Positions 1-8,586 of a stretch of 64,000 nucleotides of DNA are shown here, one piece after another. Source of the stretch: Phycisphaeraceae bacterium (GTDB lineage Bacteria; Planctomycetota; Phycisphaerae; Phycisphaerales; Phycisphaeraceae); NCBI GenBank assembly GCA_963674705.1, contig OY771506.1, positions 32,001 through 96,000 of the forward strand, given 5' to 3'. The notes beneath the pieces are model-generated. The model ran no database searches and was not told the DNA's origin. It saw nothing but the letters and a program-made list of their open reading frames with translations. The translations under genes were made by a program, and so were the position numbers. Each line of letters starts with the position of its first letter. The stretch's first letter is position 1.

Positions 1-339
1 CTCGATGCGGCAGGCACCGCGGTCAGATTGTTAGAGATGATCGGTAATGGTCGGGGAGAAGAAGCCTACAACACCCACTATGTCAGACTCGATGAACTGG
101 AACAGAAAATGGGTGTGCGGATGGTTGACGTGATGGTAAGGATGGGCGAGATGTTCGGGCGATTGAAGTCTTGCAAGGTACAAGGTGTTCAGCAATTCCC
201 TTCCGGGCTGTATGGCCCTGAGACCGAAGTCACGATGGATTGTGTTTGGGAGAAGACCGGCGATTGTCTTGCAAGGGTCAGGTTGCACCAGTCCGATGCG
301 GGCAGGTGGATGGTGGTATCCACGTTTATGGTTCAGTGA
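1..339 (+). CDS. Hypothetical protein, 5'-truncated by the window edge
   Basis: Frame 1 is open from base 1 to the TGA ending at 339. No recognisable motif. Confidence 0.45.
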   Translation, partial: LDAAGTAVRLLEMIGNGRGEEAYNTHYVRLDELEQKMGVRMVDVMVRMGEMFGRLKSCKVQGVQQFPSGLYGPETEVTMDCVWEKTGDCLARVRLHQSDAGRWMVVSTFMVQ

Positions 340-598
340 TTGCGGCTCGGTGCAAATGCAAGGGATTTGAGACTTGCCGTCGAAGATCGGCGGTTTGGGA
401 AACCCTTGCCGAGCGCTTTGACTACCGCACCGGCCTATCCGACCAGTCGAACAAATCAAATCCCAGCGAGCCTTGACGTCCTTTCGTGGCTATGATGCAT
501 TTAAGGCTTGGTCACCACTAACACAAAAGATACAAGGCTGTCTGTGATATTATTTGACGCAGGCTTGTAACCAAACCAGCAGTAATGGGCGGATCAGA

Positions 599-1069
599 AT
601 GAAAGAGTATTTTGCACGTATGTTTGGTCATAGCGCATGGGCGAACCGGCGGACACTTGAATCTCTGGAGGTGTGCCCGGCGGTGATGGACGAAGCCATG
701 CCGGTGATGGCGCATCTGCTGGCGGCGGAGCATGTGTGGCAGTCTCGGTTGATGGGGCTCGAGCCGAAGATGGCGGTGTGGCCCGATTTATCGTTGGATG
801 AGTGCCAGGAATTGGCTGATGAGTGTGAGCAGAGTTGGCAGACTTACCTGGATGGACTGACGGTGGGTGACCTTGACTGGGTGGTGGCGTATCACACGAG
901 CAAGGGCATCCCCTGCAGCGATGTCGCGGCGGACATCCTGATGCATGTGCTGACGCACGGCGGATATCACCGGGGCCAGATCGCGAAGATGGTAGGGCGC
1001 ACGGGCGGGACGGCGGCGAGCACGGACTACATCATTTACGTGCGGATGGTCGGCCAGGAACAGACCTGA
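599..1069 (+). CDS. DinB/YfiT family putative metalloprotein
   Basis: N-terminal 'HSAWANRR', 'HLLAAEHVW' and C-terminal 'HVLTHGGYHRGQI' His pattern typical of DinB. ATG at 599 preferred over TTG 554. Confidence 0.85.
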   Translation: MKEYFARMFGHSAWANRRTLESLEVCPAVMDEAMPVMAHLLAAEHVWQSRLMGLEPKMAVWPDLSLDECQELADECEQSWQTYLDGLTVGDLDWVVAYHTSKGIPCSDVAADILMHVLTHGGYHRGQIAKMVGRTGGTAASTDYIIYVRMVGQEQT

Positions 1070-1112
1070 TGGATCGTTCATGAGCCTTCGTTTTGCTTTA
1101 TGAAAACGTATG

Positions 1113-1154
1113 AAACGGGGTCTGACCCCGTTTTTCTTTGACCCCGTTTTTCTT
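1113..1154. repeat. GGGGTCTGACCCC palindrome with a 16-bp tandem duplication
   Basis: AAACGGGGTC-T-GACCCCGTTT at 1113-1133. TGACCCCGTTTTTCTT occurs at 1123-1138 and again at 1139-1154. Confidence 0.8.
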
Positions 1155-1303
1155 GCAATCTTTGATTACATCGGTTACGTGGTGTTGCAGAATGATAATG
1201 CGCTATAGTCCCTGTAGAATGCAAGCATTCTCAGGCTGATCGCTTTGATGCCCGGATCGTCCTGACTAACTTGATCCTGAATGAGAAAAGGATTTTCTTC
1301 GTG

Positions 1304-2479
1304 ATGAAAAGTATTTCCACCGTGGTGTTCCTGCTGCTTTTGACCGTGTTCCCGTCGTATACGGTTGCCCAGAAGTATGACGCGTTTCATCCGGGAGCAG
1401 AGCAATGGCTGGACACCGAAGGTGAGCACATCCAGGCACATGGCGGCGGGATTCTGCTGCATGAGGGTGTCTATTACTGGTATGGCGAACAGCGCGGGTT
1501 TGGTGAGATGGGCGTGCGGTGCTACTCATCAACAGACCTGTACAACTGGCAGCCGCATGGCGTGGTGCTGGGCTGGTCCGATGCACCGGGCACGGACCTG
1601 ACGCGGCGGTGCACCGTTGAGCGGCCGAAGGTCATCTATAACGAGAAGACCGGCAAGTTCGTGATGTGGTTCCACCTGGAACTGGAGGGCATTGGCTATT
1701 GGGCGGCGCGGACGGGTGTCGCGGTGGCGGACTCGCCTACCGGGCCGTTTGAATACCTGCGATCGTTCCGGCCACACGTCGGGAAGATCCCGGTGAATGC
1801 GCCGATCGAAAACATTCACGAGCGCAAGCGATGGGACGAGATCATTAAGAACGCGGAAGGCGATCGCGAAAGGCGCATTGCGGGCGAAATCTTCATGCGT
1901 GATCTGGGCGTTGGGCAGATGGCGCGCGACATGACGGTATTTAAAGACGATGACGGCACGGCGTATCACATCGCTTCATCGGAAGAGAACCTGACGCTAC
2001 ACATCGCGAAACTGACGGATGACTATCTGAACTTCAGCGGTGAGTTTGCACGCGTGCAGCCGGACGGCCGCAACGAAGCGCCGGCAGTATTTAAGTATGA
2101 GGGCAAGTACTACATGATCGCGTCGGGTTTGACGGGCTGGGCGCCGAACCGTGCGAGGTCTTTCGTGGCGGATTCGATGCTCGGGCCCTGGGAGCCGTTA
2201 GGTAATCCTTGCGTGGGCGGGGCGAACACGTATAACGATTTAGGGCCGGATAAAACGTTCGGCGGACAGAGCACGTATGTGCTGCCTGCACCGGGGTACG
2301 AAGGGCAAGGCAAGTTCATCGCGATGTTCGATATCTGGCAGCCCGGGGATCTGAAGAAAAGCCGGTACATGTGGCTGCCGCTGGTGATTCAAGACGGCAA
2401 GCCGGTGATTGAGTGGGCGAAGCAGTGGAAAGTTTCCGACTTTGGTACGCCAGACAATCAACGCGGTGCGGAACGCTGA
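1304..2479 (+). CDS. Secreted glycoside hydrolase family 43 (exo-beta-1,3-galactanase/GH43_24-like)
   Basis: Signal peptide; 'IQAHGGGI', 'YYWYGE', 'VERPKVIYN', 'ARDMTVFKDDDG', 'EAPAVFK', 'TFGGQST' motifs. Confidence 0.85.
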   Translation: MKSISTVVFLLLLTVFPSYTVAQKYDAFHPGAEQWLDTEGEHIQAHGGGILLHEGVYYWYGEQRGFGEMGVRCYSSTDLYNWQPHGVVLGWSDAPGTDLTRRCTVERPKVIYNEKTGKFVMWFHLELEGIGYWAARTGVAVADSPTGPFEYLRSFRPHVGKIPVNAPIENIHERKRWDEIIKNAEGDRERRIAGEIFMRDLGVGQMARDMTVFKDDDGTAYHIASSEENLTLHIAKLTDDYLNFSGEFARVQPDGRNEAPAVFKYEGKYYMIASGLTGWAPNRARSFVADSMLGPWEPLGNPCVGGANTYNDLGPDKTFGGQSTYVLPAPGYEGQGKFIAMFDIWQPGDLKKSRYMWLPLVIQDGKPVIEWAKQWKVSDFGTPDNQRGAER

Positions 2480-2529
2480 ATGGGGCAACTACCCGGATTG
2501 AAACAGATGAGGTCTCACTGTCTTGTGGA

Positions 2530-3852
2530 TTACACCGTTTCGGATGCCTGCTCTATATGAGCGAGGTATTCGTCACGGGTCACTTCGGCGATCATGCCGC
2601 GCTCGAGCTGGTAGGCAGTTTGAAGCTCTGAAAGCTGATTCATCATCGCGAGCAGTATTTCCCGGCCATCGATCGGCTTTACTTGTGTATCCAGTGATTC
2701 CAGTCGCTGTTTGTGAGCTTTATGAAGCTTGAAAACATCCGCGTTTGGGATCACGTGTTCTTCGACATCTGCCGGCATCGCGTGCAGCTTCCTCAAGGAG
2801 GAAGTCGCCGTGAAGCGGCCATCCTGGTGCTGTGAGACCAGATCGGCTGAAGCAAGTTCGTGGTGAATCCCGAGCGGGATGGTGCTGCGCAGGTAATATT
2901 GATTGTTTTCGTGACGATGAATGACTTCAATGGTTGGGCTCTGTGTGCGCTGCCCCGGCGGGAAGATGCAGAATGGATCGACGAATCCAGCGTCCGACCA
3001 ACCCCGTGTACGATCGCTTATCAGCTTCTTGACCGGGTCAGGTAATCCATCTGGCAGTATGAGATGATCCTGGTCCGGCCTACATGAGATGTAGTATGTT
3101 CCGGGGCTTCGGCTCATTCGTTTTCTTTGCCAGAGAAAAACCAGTGTGATCAACAAGCTGCCGCAGCTCTTGTAGCATTCCCTCATGCTGATCTTGCTTA
3201 TATCGAAGCGGAAGTACCTGAGCGGGCCATGCGAATCGGCGTACAAGTCTATTAATGATTGCGTTTGCTGTTCGGGAAGGCCCTCGGTAGGCGGCGGCGT
3301 TGAGCTGCTGATCGGCAGGCCGCACTCCGGGCAGTTTTCGTTTGTCAGTTGTTTGAGGCTGTAACCGCAGCCGATGCACAGGCCGTGCTTGCGTCGTTTG
3401 TCGATGAGGACTTTTCCACGGCCGCCGCGAAGCCAATAACGATACTCAGCCCAGCCGATTACGAACACCATAGGTATCCAAAACCAGAAAAATGTGGCTT
3501 TATGTGGGATACGCTGGACGATGTAGCGATCAACGAGATAGATACCGCCCATCAGACATATGACCAGTCCCATCAGGATGTAGTAGAAGTCTGTAAATAC
3601 GAGCGACTCGTGCCAAGGCAATTCACTTTCGTCGCGCTGCCTGCCGGCGTTTTTTCGCTGCCACCACAGGTAGATAATGCTGCCGGCCAGGAACAAGCAA
3701 CCAACCACGATGCTTATGACTATTTCACTGGTTTCTACATAACCGTTTTGCCGGTAGTTCTGATACAGCGGCAGCAGCAGGCCGGCCAGCACTGCCGGGA
3801 ACATCAGCAGCAGCCACTTGGCTGAGATGCGGTTGTCATTCGGAGCGGCCAT
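2530..3852 (-). CDS. Membrane protein (about 4 TM) with CxxC..CPECG zinc ribbon and a soluble C-terminal domain
   Basis: Four hydrophobic segments followed by 'CIGCGYSLKQLTNENCPECG'. Confidence 0.7.
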   Translation of the reverse strand: MAAPNDNRISAKWLLLMFPAVLAGLLLPLYQNYRQNGYVETSEIVISIVVGCLFLAGSIIYLWWQRKNAGRQRDESELPWHESLVFTDFYYILMGLVICLMGGIYLVDRYIVQRIPHKATFFWFWIPMVFVIGWAEYRYWLRGGRGKVLIDKRRKHGLCIGCGYSLKQLTNENCPECGLPISSSTPPPTEGLPEQQTQSLIDLYADSHGPLRYFRFDISKISMRECYKSCGSLLITLVFLWQRKRMSRSPGTYYISCRPDQDHLILPDGLPDPVKKLISDRTRGWSDAGFVDPFCIFPPGQRTQSPTIEVIHRHENNQYYLRSTIPLGIHHELASADLVSQHQDGRFTATSSLRKLHAMPADVEEHVIPNADVFKLHKAHKQRLESLDTQVKPIDGREILLAMMNQLSELQTAYQLERGMIAEVTRDEYLAHIEQASETV

Positions 3853-4054
3853 GTTCTGAGTCCCTCGGGCGAATACGGCCTGACTATCATACCGCGGGCT
3901 CCGATGGTCAGCGGTCTTGATGCGTGAAGTGCTGGGTGTTGCGAACTATGTTATCGGAGGTCACGGCTCAGTCAGAACGATGGGCGGTGGTTAGGATCAC
4001 AGGCGGTAGAATGCCGATGTATAACCTTCCGAAGACCATTGACAAGGAATCCGC

Positions 4055-4870
4055 ATGAGCGAATCCACACAGGAAAGTGAACACGCCCGGCCTTCGGCTG
4101 AGATGGCGGGGAAGACGACCGTCGTCGATGCCGACTCCGAGGTCCGGCGGATGATGAAGGACACGGAAGGTTCGGCGCTGAAGAAGTACATGGCGTTGAC
4201 GGTGGGTAAGCCGTCGATACTTGCCCTGTTGAAGTATGAATTGCTGACCGGCATCCTCGGGTCGATCCCGGGGGCGCTGGGGCTGGTGCTTCGGCAGAAG
4301 CTATATAAGCACATGTTCGGAAAGTGCGGGCGGAAGGTTGTGTTCGGGCGGAACGTGACGATCAGGCACCCCCACCGGATCAGGTTCGGCGACAATGTAA
4401 TCATTGATGACAATGCGGTGCTGGACGGCAAGGGCGAATCGGATGTGAGTATCGAGATCGGCTCGGGCTCGATCGTCGGACGCAACAGCATCCTTAGCTG
4501 TAAGGGTGGGTCGATCCGGCTGGCGGATAAGGTGAATATCTCCGTCAACTGCACGCTGCTCAGTGAAACACTGTTAACCGTCGGGGAAAACGTGCTGATC
4601 GCGGGGCATTGTTACCTGATTGCAGGCGGTAACCACGGGCTGGACCGTGTGGATATCCCGATCCTGGATCAGCCTTTAATTGAAAAAGGCGGGATCGACA
4701 TCAAGGAGCACTGCTGGTTAGGCGCGAACGTGACGGTGCTGGACGGCGTGACGATCGGGCGCGACTCGGTGGCGGCGGCGGGGTCGGTGGTGACCAAGTC
4801 TGTGCCGGCGTACCACATCGTCGGCGGCGTTCCGGCGAAGGTACTTAAGGACCGCAAGGCCGGTCAGTAG
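4055..4870 (+). CDS. Hexapeptide-repeat (LbH) O-acyltransferase
   Basis: Hexapeptide repeats and C-terminal 'WLGANVTVLDGVTIG..AAGSVVTKSVP..IVGGVPAK'. Confidence 0.9.
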   Translation: MSESTQESEHARPSAEMAGKTTVVDADSEVRRMMKDTEGSALKKYMALTVGKPSILALLKYELLTGILGSIPGALGLVLRQKLYKHMFGKCGRKVVFGRNVTIRHPHRIRFGDNVIIDDNAVLDGKGESDVSIEIGSGSIVGRNSILSCKGGSIRLADKVNISVNCTLLSETLLTVGENVLIAGHCYLIAGGNHGLDRVDIPILDQPLIEKGGIDIKEHCWLGANVTVLDGVTIGRDSVAAAGSVVTKSVPAYHIVGGVPAKVLKDRKAGQ

Positions 4871-5034
4871 GCAATTGCTCTCGGCGCAGTTTCCCCAGAT
4901 TAGCCTGATTCTAATTGTGTTTAAGGATTGTTAGCTTCCGTGCGTACTTTTTGCGCAGACGTAAACAGGTTGCCGATATGGCTGTGAATAATGTCTGTTT
5001 ACCTGTGCTTTGACTGGTTATAAACGGGACTCAT

Positions 5035-5043
5035 TGGTATAAT
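5035..5043 (+). promoter_or_regulatory. Extended -10 promoter element (TGGTATAAT)
   Basis: Exact TGnTATAAT match about 220 nt upstream of the transporter ATG. It predicts a start site near 5049-5050. Confidence 0.55.
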
Positions 5044-5048
5044 GTTGC

Positions 5049-5194
5049 TCCCCACAATAAGCCCACCTTAGTTGGCCCCCAGCTAAAGCGAGAGTACCAC
5101 GAAAACAGCCCAGCAGGCGGTGTTTTGTCTGTTCGGCCTTATCCAGCGTAAGCTGGTTGCGGGATGAGGGTACGGGCCGGGTAAACCGTGGGGA
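5049..5194 (+). ncRNA. Candidate structured cis-regulatory RNA (riboswitch-like 5' leader, family not recognised)
   Basis: Nested helices: TCCCCAC/GTGGGGA, GCCC/GGGC, GTACC/GGTAC, TTAGTTGG/CCAGCTAA, AAAACA/TGTTTT, CCTTATCC/GGATGAGG, CCAGC-GTAA-GCTGG. Confidence 0.5.
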
Positions 5195-5262
5195 TTAGAA
5201 GTGCTTGTGTTTGCTGCTTCAGCGCGTGACGCTGGAAGCACTAACAAGGAGTTGGCTGTCAG

Positions 5263-6966
5263 ATGTCCTCGAAGTTGTCCCCCCTGGCTTTGTTGCTGCT
5301 TGTGTTATCAGTGCCGCTGCTGATGGGCGCTGCCGCGGCAGAGGAGTCGGCGTCATCCTCCGGGTTCATGGATATGCTGGCGCATCAGCCATTGTTCGTT
5401 CTGTTCGGCGTGCTGCTGGTCGGCCTGCTGATGGGTAAGGTCGAGATCGCGAAGATGTCGCTGGGTTCCAGCGGCGTGTTGTTCGCGGCGTTGATCGCGG
5501 GTCATTTTCACTTGCCTTTGCCGCCGAGTGTAGGCAATCTGGGCCTGGTGCTGTTTGTTTACTGCGTGGGTCTTGCGGCGGGTCCGAAGTTCTTCGTGAT
5601 GTTCCGCCAGCAAGGCAAACAGTTTGCAATCCTGTCGACGATCATCGTGGCCTTGGGTGCGTTGGCGGCCTACGGTGGTGCGTTTTTGTTTGGTATCCCG
5701 GCGGACCTGACCAGCGGCCTGTTTGCCGGCGCGCTGACCAGTACGCCGGCGCTTGCCGCGGCGGTGAATACAGCCGGGCACGACTCATCGGTTGCCGTCG
5801 GTTTTGGTATTGCGTATCCGTTCGGCGTGGTCGGGGTAGTGATGCTTGTTCAGTTGCTGCCAAGATTACTTGGCAAGGATGTTTCAACGATCCATGATGA
5901 TGAAACCGGTGCGTCGGGCAAGCACCATATCAATCGGATGCTGGTTGAGATCGTGAATCCCGTGATCGTCGGGCGTGCGCCGCGTGATATCCCGTTTATC
6001 CAGAATTCCAACGCCGCGATCACCCGTCTGCTGGTTGATGAGCGTCTGGTGCCGCTTGATCCGGATTACGTGTTCCAGCAAGGCGACCACGTCGTCGTCG
6101 TTGCGGAGAACGGCATCGCGGCCAGCGTGACGGACCTGCTGGGTCGGCGTTCCGATCGCAAGTTCATCATGGACGCGGAATTCGAGCGTCAGCAGGTCGT
6201 GGTCACCGCCAAACAGATGCTGGGTCGGCCGTTGGGAGAAGTCAAGCTACTGGGTCAGCACGGCGTGGTGATTTCGCGCGTGATGCGGCAGGACGTCTCT
6301 TTTGTGCCGACCGCCACAACGGTTTTGCAACCCGCGGACACACTGACGGTGGTTGGCCGACAGGAGAACGTCGAATCGTTCGCCAAGGCGGCCGGGCACA
6401 GCCCACGTGCGCTAGAGATAACGGATATCGCGTCGATGAGTTTTGGAATCATCATCGGGATCCTGGTCGGGATGATCGATATCCCGCTGCCGACAGGTGG
6501 ATCGTTATCACTGGGCCTGGCGGGCGGTCCGTTGATGGTCGCGTTACTGCTGGGTCACTTCGGGAAACTGGGACCGGTGCGTGGGTATATGCCGCCACCG
6601 AGTCGTCACCTGCTGACGGACATCGGGTTGATGTTCTTCCTTGCGTCGGCGGGCGTAAAAGCCGGCGGGACGTTTGTTGAAGTGTTGCAGCAGCACGGTG
6701 TTTCGTTGTTCCTTGCCGGCATGGGCGCGACGTTGCTGCCGATGATCGCGGCCTACCCGATCGCACGTTACTTCCTGAAGCTCGATCTGCTATCCACACT
6801 CGGCGGGATCTGCGGCGGCATGACCTCGACACCGGGCCTTGGCGCTATCACCGCCAAGACGGAAGCACAGTCCCCTGTCGTGGGTTACGCCGCGGCGTAT
6901 CCGGTGGCATTGATCTTCATGACCTTTGCCGCACAATTTGTGTTCAAACTTGTCGGGTTGATGTAG
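5263..6966 (+). CDS. AspT/YidE/YbjL family transporter with two TrkA-C (RCK_C) domains
   Basis: Duplicated membrane modules ('GLFAGALTSTPAL', 'GGICGGMTSTPGL', 'GYAAAYPVAL') flanking a soluble TrkA-C pair. SD AAGGAG upstream. Confidence 0.9.
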   Translation: MSSKLSPLALLLLVLSVPLLMGAAAAEESASSSGFMDMLAHQPLFVLFGVLLVGLLMGKVEIAKMSLGSSGVLFAALIAGHFHLPLPPSVGNLGLVLFVYCVGLAAGPKFFVMFRQQGKQFAILSTIIVALGALAAYGGAFLFGIPADLTSGLFAGALTSTPALAAAVNTAGHDSSVAVGFGIAYPFGVVGVVMLVQLLPRLLGKDVSTIHDDETGASGKHHINRMLVEIVNPVIVGRAPRDIPFIQNSNAAITRLLVDERLVPLDPDYVFQQGDHVVVVAENGIAASVTDLLGRRSDRKFIMDAEFERQQVVVTAKQMLGRPLGEVKLLGQHGVVISRVMRQDVSFVPTATTVLQPADTLTVVGRQENVESFAKAAGHSPRALEITDIASMSFGIIIGILVGMIDIPLPTGGSLSLGLAGGPLMVALLLGHFGKLGPVRGYMPPPSRHLLTDIGLMFFLASAGVKAGGTFVEVLQQHGVSLFLAGMGATLLPMIAAYPIARYFLKLDLLSTLGGICGGMTSTPGLGAITAKTEAQSPVVGYAAAYPVALIFMTFAAQFVFKLVGLM

Positions 6967-7002
6967 CCCTGCCCTACCGGATGACGCGAATCTCGCTGTT
7001 CG

Positions 7003-8199
7003 CTAAGCCACGCGAGTCTTGGGCGGGCCAACCGTTACATCGTGGTCTAATGGCCAATCGGACCGCATGGGTAAGCCGTCATCGTTGGGTAAAGGCCTGC
7101 TGATGGCTGAAAGTGCACCGCGGGCGATCTGCCAATACCCGCAGAGCAAACCGTTATAGCAACGGGCCAACGAGCCGAGAATGCCCGGGTGTTCATTGAT
7201 GTGGCCGGGCATCACTAAGGCATCACCGCGCAGGACCTGCCAGTCGTGGCGTTTGCGTAACTGCCGAATCCTGCGCCGGTCTTTGGGCAGGTCGGGCAGG
7301 AGTTTAAACAAGGAACCAATCGCTGAGAAAAACTCGTGCGGTTTTCCCATGAACAGCATCAACATGAACAGCGCGAGTTCATGTATCAGCATGATGGGCA
7401 GGATGGCGATTAATGTGCGAAGCTCATAGTCTTTGAGCATGAAGTGCCAGTGGTTGCGTAACTGGTACTTGAAGAACGTGCTGCCGCGTTTGCGATGATG
7501 GTGCAGGACCTGCGCGCTGGCGGGCTCGATGATGTCGAATCCGGCGATGGTGCAGCGGTAGGCGAACTCGCCATCCTCTTTGCCGAACAGGTATCGCGGC
7601 TCGAACAGGTCGATGTGTTTGGCAGCGTCGACACGGATCATAGGCGCACAGCCGCTCGCAAGCCCGACACGTTCAGCTTTGGCTTGCAGTTGGGCAAGTG
7701 GTTTGTCATCCACCTCGGCGTTGGCTTCGGCAAGATAATGAATCCATGTCCGGCAGTACTGGACGGTGTCAGGCCGATCGCAGTAGAGAACGACGGGCGT
7801 GGCGATCGCGATGTTGTCGTCTTTAGCGATTACGCGGTGCAGCTCGTTGGCTGTGTCGGGCAGCAGTTGCACATCGCCGTCCATCACCAGGACGAAGGGT
7901 GTCGTGCTGCGTGTGATCGCCAGATTCCTCGCCGGGTTGGGCCCGTTGTTTTGTTCCAGGCAGATCAGCGAAACATCCGGATAATGCTGCGCCAGCCAGT
8001 CACGTGTCTGGTCGGTGCTGGCAACATCGTAGACAGTGATTCTCTCGTGCGGGCAACCGGCATCGTCCAGGCCTTGCATACACGCCTGGATAGTCCGCAT
8101 GGCGTTATGGGTGACGATGGCGGCAGAAACATCGACCGGGAACGTGGTGGTGTTCACGGGCCTGCTCATCTGTCGTGGATCGTGTTCCTGACTGGCCAT
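7003..8199 (-). CDS. Glycosyltransferase family 2
   Basis: 'AAIVTHN', 'DVASTD', 'GPNPARN', DxD 'MDGD', 'EDGEFAYR'. Confidence 0.88.
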   Translation of the reverse strand: MASQEHDPRQMSRPVNTTTFPVDVSAAIVTHNAMRTIQACMQGLDDAGCPHERITVYDVASTDQTRDWLAQHYPDVSLICLEQNNGPNPARNLAITRSTTPFVLVMDGDVQLLPDTANELHRVIAKDDNIAIATPVVLYCDRPDTVQYCRTWIHYLAEANAEVDDKPLAQLQAKAERVGLASGCAPMIRVDAAKHIDLFEPRYLFGKEDGEFAYRCTIAGFDIIEPASAQVLHHHRKRGSTFFKYQLRNHWHFMLKDYELRTLIAILPIMLIHELALFMLMLFMGKPHEFFSAIGSLFKLLPDLPKDRRRIRQLRKRHDWQVLRGDALVMPGHINEHPGILGSLARCYNGLLCGYWQIARGALSAISRPLPNDDGLPMRSDWPLDHDVTVGPPKTRVA

Positions 8200-8586
8200 A
8201 ACTACTCAGGCAATCCCATCCAATCGGCGTGCATATAAGAAGACGCGCCGATCCGTGCCAGTTTCAAGGCAACCACTCACATTGTAGTCACCGGGTGCCG
8301 GCTTTTTAAGATCGGCATAGAGGGTTTGTGAATCCATCGCCGGTCGTGCTGATGGAGATTGCGAGCGGCGGGGAATCCGATCAGCGTCCCATAAATAGAA
8401 AAGCGGTGTCGTGTCTGTATCGATCGTTCGGATTGTGCCGGACGGGCAAGCCAAGTGGTGCACGTAATTTAGCTAAGACACTTGCTTGTGTTTGCGGACA
8501 GATGGGCTGAATTGGTCAATTCTGCAGCGTAAAGCCGTTTCGGTGCTACCAGGGAAGCACCAAGAGTAGTAATTGGAGTCGTAACA

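Noticed and set aside
5049..5194. Assignment as a c-di-AMP (ydaO) riboswitch
   Set aside because: The conserved ydaO segments I would expect are not evident, so it is kept only as an unassigned structured RNA.
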